A stretch of 57,209 nucleotides of DNA from an uncultured Pseudomonadales bacterium (GTDB lineage: Bacteria; Patescibacteriota; Microgenomatia; UBA1400; PJMF01), in assembly GCA_964521215.1 (NCBI GenBank), contig CAZFRD010000001.1, positions 1 through 57,209 of the forward strand, read 5' to 3'. Both the position numbers and the translations under genes were made by a program. The notes under the pieces are model-generated. The model was not told the DNA's origin and did not search any database. It worked only from the letters and a program-made list of their open reading frames with translations. Below, piece after piece: positions 44,973-55,440 of this stretch (position 1 is the first letter of the stretch; each line of letters starts with the position of its first letter).

Positions 44973-46274
44973 ATGACAATTACAGTGGTGGGCACCGGGT
45001 TTGTAGGTTTAGTGACGGCGGCAGTTTTTGCCTCTTTTGGTCACAAGGTTTTTGGCTTGGATGTTGATGAGTCCAAAATTAATCAATTAAAAGCCGGTCG
45101 AGTGCCTTTTTACGAACCTCAGCTTGAACAACTACTGGCAGAGACACAAAAGAAAAATAACCTCCGGTTTAGTACAAGTTACGCGGACACCATTCCTTTC
45201 TCAGATCTAATTTTGATAGCTGTTGGGACACCTTCGGCTAAATCAGGTGGGGTTGACCTAACTTATGTGCTTGCTGCGATTACTGCCATGGCGCCATTGC
45301 TCAAAAAGCGAACTATTGTGGCCATTAAGTCTACCGTCCCACCTCAAGCGATTACCAAAGTCGATGCGGCACTAAAAAAATTGAGTTCCGTACCGTATTC
45401 ATTGGCCACACTGCCAGAGTTTTTACGAGAAGGTAGCGCCGTGAGTGATACTTTACAACCTGCCAGAATCGTTATTGGCGCAGAAGATGATTGGACATTC
45501 GAACAATTGAATACATTACACCAACCATTTAATGCTCCCATTGTGCGAACAAAGTTAGCTTCGGCACAAATGGCCAAATATACTGCGAACGCGTATTTAG
45601 CCACGAGAATCACCTTTATCAATCAAATTGCTGATTTGTGTGAAAAAAATCACGCTGACGTACAAGAAGTAATCACCGCCATTGGTTTTGATCCACGCAT
45701 TCGCTCGCACTACTGGTACCCCGGACTGGGTTACGGCGGTTCCTGCTTCCCCAAAGACGTCAAGGAACTAGCCTTTTTTTCCCGACAAGTGGGAGAAGCT
45801 GATAACCTATTTAATAAAATTCAGAAATTAAATGATCAGCGCATGACACGTTTATTTGCTGGTTTTACCAAAAAAGTCGGTGGATGGAAAAATAAGCAAG
45901 TTGCTTTGTTGGGTATCGCTTTTAAACCCAACACAGATGATATCAGAGAAGCGCCAAGTACTAAGTTAATTCCATTACTACTCCAGTCCGGCGCATCAGT
46001 TACCGCTTATGACCCCAAAGCTACTTTGCAACATAGTTCTTTGATTAAGTCGCAGTGGCAAAAACATTATCAAGAAGCATCGAGCCCAGAGCAAGCCTGC
46101 AAAGATGCGGATGTAATTTTTATTGTTACTGAGTGGCCAGAAATTAGTAGTTTTGACTACAGTGCTGTACGTAATCAGAATAAACAATTTATCATCGATA
46201 CCCGCAATCAACTTCAGCCAGAGTTAGTGGCCAAATGGGGTTTTCAGTATCTGGGAATTGGAAGAGGAGAGTAA
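44973..46274 (+). CDS. ugd: UDP-glucose 6-dehydrogenase family protein
   Basis: ITVVGTGFVGLVTAAVFA Rossmann motif, the catalytic GGSCFPKD, and FKPNTDDIREAP. Confidence 0.8.
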   Translation: MTITVVGTGFVGLVTAAVFASFGHKVFGLDVDESKINQLKAGRVPFYEPQLEQLLAETQKKNNLRFSTSYADTIPFSDLILIAVGTPSAKSGGVDLTYVLAAITAMAPLLKKRTIVAIKSTVPPQAITKVDAALKKLSSVPYSLATLPEFLREGSAVSDTLQPARIVIGAEDDWTFEQLNTLHQPFNAPIVRTKLASAQMAKYTANAYLATRITFINQIADLCEKNHADVQEVITAIGFDPRIRSHYWYPGLGYGGSCFPKDVKELAFFSRQVGEADNLFNKIQKLNDQRMTRLFAGFTKKVGGWKNKQVALLGIAFKPNTDDIREAPSTKLIPLLLQSGASVTAYDPKATLQHSSLIKSQWQKHYQEASSPEQACKDADVIFIVTEWPEISSFDYSAVRNQNKQFIIDTRNQLQPELVAKWGFQYLGIGRGE

Positions 46275-46278
46275 GCTC

Positions 46279-47241
46279 ATGAAGCGAGTGTTAATTACCG
46301 GTGGAACAGGCTTTGTTGGTACCCATTTGGTGGAAAATTTAACCCAGCATTTTTCCGCCGATGAATTGGAGCTTCACGTCACCCACTTTGGCAATCAGAT
46401 ACCAGCTCAATTCCAATCTTTCAAACCAGATCAAATCCACCGGATTGATTTGCAGGATAACCAACTAGTTGAACAGCTGATTGAGCAGATTAGACCAGAC
46501 GAAATTTATCATCTTGCGGCCATGGCGGCAGTATCGACTAGCTATACTCAAGCCGCCAAAGTAATTCAAAATAATTCGAGCATTCAGTTAAATTTACTAG
46601 AAGCCATCAGCCAACACGTGCCTGAGAGTCGCATCCTAATTGTTGGTTCGGCAGAGGAGTATGGCATTTCCTTACCGACTGAATTGCCTATCAATGAAGA
46701 TCACCCATTTAGACCCATCAACCCCTATGCCGTTTCAAAAGTGACTCAGGACTTATTGGCATATAGCTATTTTTTAAGTCGGAAGCTGAATATTTTACGA
46801 GTGAGACCTTTTAACCACACTGGCGAAGGTCAAACCACGGATTTTGCTATTCCAGCGTTTGCCGCTCAAATTGTGGAAATTGAACTTGGCAAGCGATCGC
46901 ACTTGCTGATTGGTAATCTGGAAGCGAAGCGAGATATTACCGATGTCAAAGATATGGTCCTTGCATATCAATTGGTGATGGCAAAGGGCGATGTTGGCGA
47001 GGTATATAACATTGGCAGTGGACAATCGGTGACCATGAAATCTGTGTTAGATAAGCTCATCGGCCTGACTTCCGTATCAATTGAAATCGAAACAGATGCG
47101 AGTAAATTACGACCAACCGATATCCCAGAAATGTTGGCAGATATTACAAAAATTAAAAAATTAGGCTGGGAACCAACAATTCAACTCGATGACACCCTGA
47201 CTCGGGTGTTACACTGGTGGAGAACTCAACTTAGTCATTAG
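46279..47241 (+). CDS. NAD-dependent epimerase/reductase, GDP-4-keto-6-deoxy-D-mannose reductase (Rmd)-like
   Basis: ITGGTGFVGTHL, YAVSK (YxxxK), and RPFNHTGEGQ...NLEAKRDITDV, which resembles Rmd/Gmd-family SDRs. A GGAGGAG-like RBS lies before ATG 46279. Sits adjacent to gmd. Confidence 0.65.
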   Translation: MKRVLITGGTGFVGTHLVENLTQHFSADELELHVTHFGNQIPAQFQSFKPDQIHRIDLQDNQLVEQLIEQIRPDEIYHLAAMAAVSTSYTQAAKVIQNNSSIQLNLLEAISQHVPESRILIVGSAEEYGISLPTELPINEDHPFRPINPYAVSKVTQDLLAYSYFLSRKLNILRVRPFNHTGEGQTTDFAIPAFAAQIVEIELGKRSHLLIGNLEAKRDITDVKDMVLAYQLVMAKGDVGEVYNIGSGQSVTMKSVLDKLIGLTSVSIEIETDASKLRPTDIPEMLADITKIKKLGWEPTIQLDDTLTRVLHWWRTQLSH

Positions 47242-47256
47242 AAAGGATATGTTGTT

Positions 47257-48231
47257 ATGCAAAAAAAAGCATTTATCACGGGCATTACTGGTCAGGACGG
47301 TTCGTACTTAGCAGAACTACTACTCGAAAAAGACTACCAAGTTTTTGGACTAACCAGAAGAACCAGTACCCAAAACTTTGCTCGCATAGAAGCGATCATG
47401 CATCATCCCAATCTACACCTAATTTCTGGCGATCTGATCGATCAAGGTTCGCTGAATAATTCACTGCAAGCAATTCAACCCGATGAAGTTTATAACTTAG
47501 CCGCCCAATCATTTGTTCAAGCGAGTTGGGAACAACCCGTACTCACTGGCGAATTCACGGCCTTGGGTGTCACTCGAGTGCTGGAAGCTATGCGCTTAGT
47601 TTGTCCCAAGGCCCGTTTTTACCAAGCCAGCTCCTCAGAAATGTTTGGCAAAGTACGTGAAGTGCCTCAAAATGAAAATACGCCCTTTTATCCCCGCTCG
47701 CCCTATGGGGTAGCCAAGGTTTATGGTCATTGGATTACGGTAAATTATCGAGAGTCATACAGCCTTTATGCTGTATCTGGTATTTTATTTAATCATGAGT
47801 CACCCAGAAGAGGATTGGAGTTTGTCACTCGCAAAATAGCTAATGGGGTAGCCAGAGTCAAATTGGGCAAACAAACCCATGTTGAACTCGGTAACTTGGA
47901 AGCCAAGCGTGACTGGGGTTATGCCAAGGATTACGTCGAAGCCATGTGGTTAATGTTACAACAACCAAATCCAGATGATTACGTCATTGCCACTGGCGAA
48001 ACTCATTCAGTTAAGGAATTTTTTCAATTAGCCTGTGAAGTGGCAAAAATTCCTGATTGGCAGTCGGTGATCAAACATAACGTGTTGTTTGATCGTCCCG
48101 CCGAAGTTGACTTACTCATCGGAGATGCTTCAAAAGCCAAAAAACAACTCAGTTGGCAACCCACTCTTAGTTTCAACCAGCTAGTTGAATTGATGGTGCA
48201 AGCCGAATTGGACTTGGAAGCTCGATCATGA
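47257..48231 (+). CDS. gmd: GDP-mannose 4,6-dehydratase
   Basis: [48 protein letters not shown] and [10 protein letters not shown] are diagnostic Gmd blocks. Confidence 0.9.
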   Translation: MQKKAFITGITGQDGSYLAELLLEKDYQVFGLTRRTSTQNFARIEAIMHHPNLHLISGDLIDQGSLNNSLQAIQPDEVYNLAAQSFVQASWEQPVLTGEFTALGVTRVLEAMRLVCPKARFYQASSSEMFGKVREVPQNENTPFYPRSPYGVAKVYGHWITVNYRESYSLYAVSGILFNHESPRRGLEFVTRKIANGVARVKLGKQTHVELGNLEAKRDWGYAKDYVEAMWLMLQQPNPDDYVIATGETHSVKEFFQLACEVAKIPDWQSVIKHNVLFDRPAEVDLLIGDASKAKKQLSWQPTLSFNQLVELMVQAELDLEARS

Positions 48232-49406
48232 AAAAAGCCATTGTCATTATTCCCACCTATAATGAAAAAGAGAACATCGCGGAAACCATTCGGGCCGTAT
48301 TTCAGGCAACAAAGGGGATAAAAAACTGGCAACTTGAAGTATTGGTCGTCGATGATACTTCTCCTGATGACACCGCCGATGTGGTGAGAAAAATGCAAAA
48401 AGATAATGCTCGACTGCACTTACTACTCAATCCTCATAAAGTCGGATTGGGTGGAGCCTACCTGAAGGGAATGGCGGAAGCGTTTGGTCGCCTCAAAGCC
48501 GACGTGGTGTTTGAATTTGATGCGGATTTATCGCATCCACCAGAAAAAATACCCTTATTTCTTGAATTAATTGATGAAGGCAAGGACATGGTGCTTGGGA
48601 CCCGCTACAACGATGGAGGAGCAATCCCTGCTGATTGGGGTATTCACCGAAAACTAATGAGCCGGGTAGGTAATATTATCATCATGAGCGTTTTTACCAA
48701 TTTTTCAATCAAAGATTGGACATCGGGTTATCGGGCACTGACCAAAAAAGTCTACACCTCGATAGTGCCACATCTGCAATCTGAACGTTTTTTTGGTTAC
48801 ACTTTTCAGATTGGTTTTCTTTATAATGCAGTCAAACAAGGATTTGCTCTGGGTTTTATTCCGTACACTTTTAGAGATCGAACGAAAGGCAAATCCAAGA
48901 TTGGACCAGAATATATGAAAAATACTTTACTTTATATCTTTCGAGTCAGATTGCAGGAAATTATCAACCACCGCATTTTTAAATTTGTTGTGGTTGGTGG
49001 TCTGGGAGCTGTTGTGCAATTTTTCTTTTTGGCTCTTTTCAGAAAATTTATGGTTTATAGTTTGGCCTATTTCTTTTCTGCCGAACTAGCGGTGGCTTCC
49101 AACTTCATGTTATCAAATTTTTGGACTTTTAATGACAGAACCTTGTCGTTAGCAGAAATTCCTAAGAAATTTCTCACATTCAATGTAGCGAGTTTTGGTT
49201 CGGTGGGTATTCAAACTGTGCTCGCTACACTCGGCAAGATTTTGATTGGTGACACTGTGCCGCTTTTCTCGATTCCGTTCTCGCAATTAATATTAGGCAA
49301 AGCGTTTATTTTTGATACTGGATTTTTATTTATGGTGGTGGGTATTTTGGTGGGTATGGTGTGGAACTTTACCGCTTATACCAAATTTGTGTGGAAAAAA
49401 AAGTAA
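48228..49406 (+). CDS. GT2 polyprenyl-phosphate sugar synthase fused to GtrA-like membrane domain
   Basis: [18 protein letters not shown] and FDADLSH (DxD), as in dolichyl/undecaprenyl-phosphate mannosyl- or glucosyltransferases. The C-terminal four helices begin [15 protein letters not shown] (GtrA family). ATGA overlap with gmd. Confidence 0.8.
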   Translation: MKKAIVIIPTYNEKENIAETIRAVFQATKGIKNWQLEVLVVDDTSPDDTADVVRKMQKDNARLHLLLNPHKVGLGGAYLKGMAEAFGRLKADVVFEFDADLSHPPEKIPLFLELIDEGKDMVLGTRYNDGGAIPADWGIHRKLMSRVGNIIIMSVFTNFSIKDWTSGYRALTKKVYTSIVPHLQSERFFGYTFQIGFLYNAVKQGFALGFIPYTFRDRTKGKSKIGPEYMKNTLLYIFRVRLQEIINHRIFKFVVVGGLGAVVQFFFLALFRKFMVYSLAYFFSAELAVASNFMLSNFWTFNDRTLSLAEIPKKFLTFNVASFGSVGIQTVLATLGKILIGDTVPLFSIPFSQLILGKAFIFDTGFLFMVVGILVGMVWNFTAYTKFVWKKK

Positions 49407-49412
49407 CCGCTT

Positions 49413-50927
49413 ATGGCTTTACTTAGGCGAAAAATCTTCTGGATTATCTTGTTTTTAACATTGGCCGGAGCAATGCTTAGGCTTTATCATTTATCAGATT
49501 CACTGCAATTTTTAGGCGACCAGGGGAGAGATGCTTTGCGAGTGGCCAGAATGTTCAAGCAAGGCGACTTGGTTTTTATTGGTCCCGTCACTAGCATCGG
49601 CAATATGTATCTGGGACCCTTATATTATTATTTTATGTTGCCCTGGCTTTGGTTAAGTTATCCCAGTCCCTTGGGTCCAGCTTACGGAGTGGCACTACTG
49701 TCCATCATCACCATTCCCCTGATGTATATTTTGGGTAGTCAGTTGGTTGGTAAAAAAGCGGCCCTTTTTGCGACTATTTGCTTGGCAGTGAGCTCAGTGA
49801 CGATCACTTATAGCCGATTTAGTTGGAATCCAAACCCTGCGCCACTTTTTGGTTTACTGCTAATGTGGGCGCTCCACCAGAGCTGGAAATCACATCCAAA
49901 ATATTGGCTGTTGGTTGCTACCTTTTTTTCAGTTCTCATTCAATTGCATTACATCACGTTACTCAGCCTTTTGCCCATTTTAATCATTTTATTCTTACAA
50001 CTAACAGAATCTGCTCGATCAACAAAAAAGTTGTTATTACTAGCAAAATACGTTTTAGTATCGGCACTTATTGGTTTACTTTTTGTCAGCCCATTGATAT
50101 TTTTTGACTTCAAACATGGAGGTACCAACCAAGCAGCTCTACGCGAACTGATCGGCGGAAAAAACTCCATCACAGTTTCAGAATCCACCAATCTATTGGG
50201 GAAGGTCTGGTCAATCGCCGAAGAAACTCATGGCAGGTCAATGCAGTTGTTGTTTGATATGCACATCGGTCAGGTAAGAGGGCGCAATACTGTGTTGGTG
50301 GCCCTCACTCTCATTGGCTTACTTGTGCTAATTCATAAAAACAGGCGGCTGACTCAGGGTGAGATTACTGTTTTGCTCTTTGTTTTTACTACAATCTTTG
50401 GTGTGAGTATCTACTCGCACAGTCTTTATGATCACTACGTACTATTTGTGGTACCCGCGGTGCTGTTACTATTTGGCATCTTGGCAAGTTTTTTTTGGCG
50501 ATTGCATTTAATTACTCGCTTGTGTGTGCCTGTGTTGCTTTTGGCATATATTTTTTACAATCTTTCACAACTCAAATTTCAGCCCACATCGACACCTTTG
50601 CCCATACTGATGGCTTCAGCTCAAGCCATTGCTAGCCACCTACAACCCAACGAACCTTACAATTTGGTCTTGCTGGCGGAAACCAAAGATTATTACGGTC
50701 AAAATTATCGCTATTTTTTGGACACCATACCCAACAAAGCTCCGCTCAATCCAGACCACGATGACTTAAATGCGGTCAATACACTCGTGGTGATTAACGA
50801 GGAAAGAGTACCACTTGATGAAATTGGGAATTTACCTTTGTTCGAAATTGCCACTTTTAAAGATATCAATCAAAAGCAAACTATTACTTTGCCATCGGGG
50901 ATCGAGGCATATCTTTGGAGAAAATAA
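49413..50927 (+). CDS. Polytopic GT-C-like membrane glycosyltransferase (ArnT/PMT-like)
   Basis: 504 aa, multi-TM. Paralog of the 20550 gene (shared blocks listed there). Lies directly after the polyprenyl-P-sugar synthase. Confidence 0.65.
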   Translation: MALLRRKIFWIILFLTLAGAMLRLYHLSDSLQFLGDQGRDALRVARMFKQGDLVFIGPVTSIGNMYLGPLYYYFMLPWLWLSYPSPLGPAYGVALLSIITIPLMYILGSQLVGKKAALFATICLAVSSVTITYSRFSWNPNPAPLFGLLLMWALHQSWKSHPKYWLLVATFFSVLIQLHYITLLSLLPILIILFLQLTESARSTKKLLLLAKYVLVSALIGLLFVSPLIFFDFKHGGTNQAALRELIGGKNSITVSESTNLLGKVWSIAEETHGRSMQLLFDMHIGQVRGRNTVLVALTLIGLLVLIHKNRRLTQGEITVLLFVFTTIFGVSIYSHSLYDHYVLFVVPAVLLLFGILASFFWRLHLITRLCVPVLLLAYIFYNLSQLKFQPTSTPLPILMASAQAIASHLQPNEPYNLVLLAETKDYYGQNYRYFLDTIPNKAPLNPDHDDLNAVNTLVVINEERVPLDEIGNLPLFEIATFKDINQKQTITLPSGIEAYLWRK

Positions 50928-50961
50928 TAAACATCATTTAATTAGTGTACAATCTTAAGTT

Positions 50962-51723
50962 ATGTCAGTTTACCTCTCTGTTGTGATCCCAGCTTATAAT
51001 GAAAAAGAAAATATTAGTAAGGGCTTGCTTAGGCAAGTAATTGACTATTTATCAGCCCAAAATTATACTTGGGAAGTAATTATTGCCGATGATGGTTCTA
51101 CCGACGGTAGCCTAACCTTGCTGAAAGAATTTGCGAGTCAGCATCCACAAGTCAAGGTTTTGGCCAATAAACACGCCGGCAAGGCTCTGACAGTTACTGC
51201 TGGGATGTTAAGTGCTGTGGGCAAATGGAGGTTGTTTACCGATTTTGACCAATCCACGCCCATAGCAGAGGTCAAAAAACTACTTGAACGAGCCGAACAA
51301 GGCTTCGATGTAGTGATTGGTTCCAGAGAAATGGTGGGTGCCAAAAGAGATAGGGAGCCCTGGTACCGGCATTTGATGGGACGTGGTTTCAACCTCTGGG
51401 TGCAGATCATTGCTGTGCCGGGGGTGCTAGACACCCAGTGTGGCTTCAAATTATTTTCAGAGCGAGCCACCGACACTTTATTTCCTCAATTAGTAGTCTA
51501 TGGCAAAAATAATCGGTTCAGAGACGCTTTTACCGGGGCATTTGATGTGGAGCTGCTTTACTTAGCAATCAAAAACAATTTTACTATTCGAGAAGTGCCA
51601 ATTGCTTGGCATCATATGAAAACAAATCGAGTCAGTCCCATCAAAGACAGCCTACGCATGTTTAGAGATTTGGTGAAAATTAAATTAGCTTCTTTGACAG
51701 GCAAGTACCGCAACCAGGCATGA
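50962..51723 (+). CDS. GT2 glycosyltransferase (polyprenyl-phosphate glucosyltransferase-like)
   Basis: LSVVIPAYNEKENI, IADDGSTDGS, TDFDQS and QCGFKLF, the catalytic region typical of GT2. Confidence 0.8.
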   Translation: MSVYLSVVIPAYNEKENISKGLLRQVIDYLSAQNYTWEVIIADDGSTDGSLTLLKEFASQHPQVKVLANKHAGKALTVTAGMLSAVGKWRLFTDFDQSTPIAEVKKLLERAEQGFDVVIGSREMVGAKRDREPWYRHLMGRGFNLWVQIIAVPGVLDTQCGFKLFSERATDTLFPQLVVYGKNNRFRDAFTGAFDVELLYLAIKNNFTIREVPIAWHHMKTNRVSPIKDSLRMFRDLVKIKLASLTGKYRNQA

Positions 51724-53060
51724 AAAATCAGTCTGCCACTAAGATTGTGCTAGTAGTTGGTTTGTTGTTATTCTTTTTGGTGCTGGTTGGCTACGCCCTT
51801 TGGTCATACGGTTTAACCGACCCCAACCTGGTCTTACTCGACTGGTCTCCTTACTGGCAATTTCAACAATGGGCATGGCAAACACTATTTCACAACCGCC
51901 CGCTTCAAACAACTCTATATGTTTTGTTGGTCGGTGCGCTATTTGTGATTTATAGCTGGATTACTTGGTTACTACGCAAGCTAGATTTGCCAATTACCAA
52001 CATTAAACATCTGCTCTTGGCATTTTGTATCTACTGCGTGGTCGTTTCCCCTTTATTTATTTCATATAACGCCTTGTCCCACGACGTTTTCAATTATATT
52101 TTTAATGCCAGAATGGTCGTGAAATATCAAGCCAATCCTCACCAAGATGTTGCCCTCAAATATAATTATGACCCTTGGACTCGTTTCATGCACAATACTC
52201 ATACTCCAGCGCCGTATTGGTATGGTTGGACTGCGGTGTCAATTTTTCCCTATCTATTGGGGTTTGGCAAATTTGTGGTAGTTTGGTTTAATTTTCGCTT
52301 ATTTGCTTTACTTAGTCTATTCATCTATGGATTGATTATTTGGAGCTGGCAAAAACAGCAAAAGCAGACCCCAAAACTTTGGCAATTTGCATTCTTTTTC
52401 TTAAACCCTTTAATAATAATTGAAATTATCAGTAATGCTCATAACGACTTGTGGATGATGGCGCCAGCTTTGTTGGCGTTTTTATTAATGCTCAAGCAAC
52501 CAAAGTCTACAACTTGGACAATTATTTCGCTTGGTTGCTTATTATTTTCGATTTCGACCAAGTATGCCACACTCATATTATTGCCACTCTGGCTTATTTT
52601 GTTAAAGTTTCAAGATCCAAAACGTGGCGTATTCAGTATATTTACAAAGATTATCAATAGTTCTTGGCATAAATTAATTCCTTGGTTGATCAGCGGTTTG
52701 CTGTTTTTACCCTTGCTTTCCGATCGTTCACGTTGGTTTTTGCCCTGGTACTTAATTTGGGCATTGAGCCTAACACCCTTACTAGTTAGTGAAGTTTGGA
52801 CTAGTGATTTGCGCCGAATTAACATTTCATTTCTTGACAAGATCGGAAGCAGGTCCTTGCTATGGGGTAAATATTGGATATTTTGGTTATTGGCGCTGTC
52901 ACTCAGTTCTCTTTTTCGCTATGTACCATGGCTTTGGCAGGGTGAATATTCACAAAAAATTACCACCGAAGAGATAATTATCACCTGGCTTGGAGGCTTA
53001 CTATATTTTGGTCTTTTTTGCCTGAAAGATAACTTACGCCCTAAAAAGTTGGGGAATTGA
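51720..53060 (+). CDS. Polytopic membrane protein (GT-C/DUF2029-like), function unknown
   Basis: 446 aa with >10 hydrophobic helices. ATGA overlap with the upstream GT2 gene. Confidence 0.55.
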   Translation: MKNQSATKIVLVVGLLLFFLVLVGYALWSYGLTDPNLVLLDWSPYWQFQQWAWQTLFHNRPLQTTLYVLLVGALFVIYSWITWLLRKLDLPITNIKHLLLAFCIYCVVVSPLFISYNALSHDVFNYIFNARMVVKYQANPHQDVALKYNYDPWTRFMHNTHTPAPYWYGWTAVSIFPYLLGFGKFVVVWFNFRLFALLSLFIYGLIIWSWQKQQKQTPKLWQFAFFFLNPLIIIEIISNAHNDLWMMAPALLAFLLMLKQPKSTTWTIISLGCLLFSISTKYATLILLPLWLILLKFQDPKRGVFSIFTKIINSSWHKLIPWLISGLLFLPLLSDRSRWFLPWYLIWALSLTPLLVSEVWTSDLRRINISFLDKIGSRSLLWGKYWIFWLLALSLSSLFRYVPWLWQGEYSQKITTEEIIITWLGGLLYFGLFCLKDNLRPKKLGN

Positions 53061-53072
53061 TACAATAACAAT

Positions 53073-54644
53073 GTGCAAAAAACTTTCAATTGGCCGATCA
53101 TCTTTGTTTTTACTTTTTTGGCAGTACTTGCTTATGCGCTACTACATCTGGCAAACCTTGGCGCATTGCCAGTCTTTGCAGATGAAGCAATCTATATTCG
53201 TTGGGCTCAGTTAATACTCGATGACGCTAAGCAATATTGGCTGTTTCCCATGAATGATGGTAAAACTCCCCTGTTTGTTTGGGCCATGGTGCCAGCTCTC
53301 AAGCTAGTGGAAAATCAGCTGTTGGCTGGCAGATTAATATCGGTCATCGTTGGCTTTTTGCAAACGATTGTCGTGGGGAGAATAGCCTGGAAACTTACTA
53401 AAAATCAGCTCAGTACTGTTTGGGCAATCCTGCTCACCGCAGTCTTGCCCTTTTGGTTTTTCTACCAACGCATGGCGTTGATGGATACATTGCTGACTTT
53501 ATTTTTAAGTCTGTCTGTGCTGATTGTCTTAGTGTTAGCCGACAAAGTTAAAACTGTTCATCTAGACTCACGTGCGGCCATATTACTTGTGGTTGTGTTG
53601 GCTCTTTTTCTGTTTTTAGCTATCTGGACAAAACTTCCGGCTGTTTTATTCTTACTCCCACTGTTGCCGATTGGCATGATGACTAAACAAGCCAACCTTC
53701 GGCAATATCTAGTGATCTTAGGTTTAACTCTGATGGGTATTGCACTGGCGTTACTATTTTTCCTGGTTACCTCGGTCTTACCTGCCTTTTCTCAATTATT
53801 TAGCCGAGGAGGCGACTTTCTATTTTCTTTAACTGACTTCTTTGGCGGAGCTTGGAAAGTGATGTTTTTTAATACTGGTTTAACTTTGCAAACTTTCACC
53901 TTTTATTTAGGACCGTTAATCTTAATTTCGCCCTTGATTGGATTATTTTTTCATAAGCATCGTCGTCAACAGGCGATGCTCATACTGGCAACTTTGGCGT
54001 TCGCCTTGCCCATGGTGTTATTGGCCAAAGTGTATTACCCGAGATATTTATTGCCAGCCAGTCTATTTTTTACCCTGAGTTCCAGCTTACTAGTGGCTAC
54101 GGTAACTGCCAAACTTCAAATCGCTAATTTGCAGAAGAAGACCCTGCTAGCCCTAGGTTTGGCACTTTATTGTGCTAATACGCTCGCATTTGCTGGTCAA
54201 TGGAATTACTTGGCTTTGTTCAAAGTCGACTCTTTACCATTAGTGGCGGTCGATCGTCAGCAATATCTAGAAGAATGGTCCTCTGGCCATGGCATTGCCG
54301 AGACGATTGCGCTATTACAATCAGTGGATAAATCGCAAAGAATTGCGGTTGCCACCGAAGGGTTTTTTGGCACATTGCCGGATGCTTTATTGCTCTATTT
54401 GCATAATCAGGATGTATCCAATTTATCTGTTGATGGCATTGGTCAGCCGGTGAGGGAAATCCCCCAATGGTTTTTGGAAAAATCCAAGTCGGCAGATCAG
54501 ACTTGGCTGGTCGTCAATAGTCATCGGATGATGCTTCAACTGCCACCAGAGATGTTATTGGCTGAATATTGTCGCCCCAATCGAGCACCTTGTTTACAAA
54601 TTTGGAATATTACCGCATATTCCAAATCTTTGATCAGTAACTAG
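53073..54644 (+). CDS. Polytopic GT-C membrane glycosyltransferase (ArnT/PMT-like)
   Basis: GTG start. FADEAIYIRWAQ after the first TM helix resembles the DE-motif loop of GT39/GT83 enzymes. Multi-TM, with a soluble C-terminal domain. Confidence 0.6.
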   Translation: MQKTFNWPIIFVFTFLAVLAYALLHLANLGALPVFADEAIYIRWAQLILDDAKQYWLFPMNDGKTPLFVWAMVPALKLVENQLLAGRLISVIVGFLQTIVVGRIAWKLTKNQLSTVWAILLTAVLPFWFFYQRMALMDTLLTLFLSLSVLIVLVLADKVKTVHLDSRAAILLVVVLALFLFLAIWTKLPAVLFLLPLLPIGMMTKQANLRQYLVILGLTLMGIALALLFFLVTSVLPAFSQLFSRGGDFLFSLTDFFGGAWKVMFFNTGLTLQTFTFYLGPLILISPLIGLFFHKHRRQQAMLILATLAFALPMVLLAKVYYPRYLLPASLFFTLSSSLLVATVTAKLQIANLQKKTLLALGLALYCANTLAFAGQWNYLALFKVDSLPLVAVDRQQYLEEWSSGHGIAETIALLQSVDKSQRIAVATEGFFGTLPDALLLYLHNQDVSNLSVDGIGQPVREIPQWFLEKSKSADQTWLVVNSHRMMLQLPPEMLLAEYCRPNRAPCLQIWNITAYSKSLISN

Positions 54645-54645
54645 T

Positions 54646-55329
54646 TTATTCCGCTAAATAATAACCAAAACCTCTGGCAGTTTTGATCAAATAATGATCG
54701 GAGCCCAAGTGCGTGCGCAGGCGCCTGACGTAGACATCGATGGTAGAGTAAGTTGGGGGATTTTCACACTCACCCCAAACATAATCGATGATCATAGCCT
54801 TGGTGACGATTTTTGGTCGGTGCCTCAGGAGGCAAGTCAGAATTGCCGATTCTTTTTTGCGCAAATGAGTTTGGTGTGTTTCTCCCAGATAAAGCGTGCC
54901 GGTATCAGGATTGAGTTTGATGGTGGCATAATTCAAGGTTGTGTTGGGCATTAATTTTTGTAGACGCAGCAAAATGGAAATCTTATATTTAAACTCGATT
55001 AAGTCGAGTGGTTTGGCCAAAAAATCACATGCTCCCGTTTGGTAGGCTTCAATCCGATCTTTTGGTGACGTTTTGACGCTAGACATGATGATGACTTTGG
55101 TGGTGAGAGCGGTTTCGTTTAAGTACTCAACGACCTCAAGTCCGTCTCCGTCAGGCATTTCCCGACTGGCTAAGACTAAGTCGTATTTGGTTGAATCAAT
55201 GACGGCAAAGGTTTCGGTGAGTGACTTGCAAATAGTGAGGGTGGAGTTGAGCTGGCGTAAGATTGGTGTCAGTTGTTGGATGAGTTGGTCGTCAGATTCC
55301 ACTAACAGAATGGAGGCAAGCGTGGACAT
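54646..55329 (-). CDS. OmpR/PhoB-family response regulator with non-canonical receiver (Ser at phospho-acceptor position)
   Basis: The receiver has ILLVESDD, DLVLASREMPDGDG and AKPLD. The C-terminus is a winged helix (VYVRRLRTHLG...IKTARGFGYYL). No histidine kinase gene is adjacent. Confidence 0.75.
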   Translation of the reverse strand: MSTLASILLVESDDQLIQQLTPILRQLNSTLTICKSLTETFAVIDSTKYDLVLASREMPDGDGLEVVEYLNETALTTKVIIMSSVKTSPKDRIEAYQTGACDFLAKPLDLIEFKYKISILLRLQKLMPNTTLNYATIKLNPDTGTLYLGETHQTHLRKKESAILTCLLRHRPKIVTKAMIIDYVWGECENPPTYSTIDVYVRRLRTHLGSDHYLIKTARGFGYYLAE

Positions 55330-55402
55330 AGGGCGATTATAGTTAAATCAAAAGATAACAAAATGCATAGTAAGTATGCAGAGCATTACTATATACACAT
55401 CA

Positions 55403-55431
55403 TTGACACACAATGTTTATAGGAGTATGAT
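55403..55431 (+). promoter_or_regulatory. Putative sigma70-like promoter for the 55441 gene
   Basis: TTGACA (55403-08), a 17-nt spacer, then TATGAT (55426-31). The ATG at 55441 lies 9 nt downstream, so the leader is absent or very short. Confidence 0.5.
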
Positions 55432-55440
55432 TATGGGATT

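Noticed and set aside
53071-53073. ATG at 53071 as the start of the last GT-C gene, preceded by TACAAT
   Set aside because: That frame terminates after ~50 codons. The long ORF uses GTG at 53073, and the gene sits 12 nt after the previous gene, so it is probably internal to the operon.
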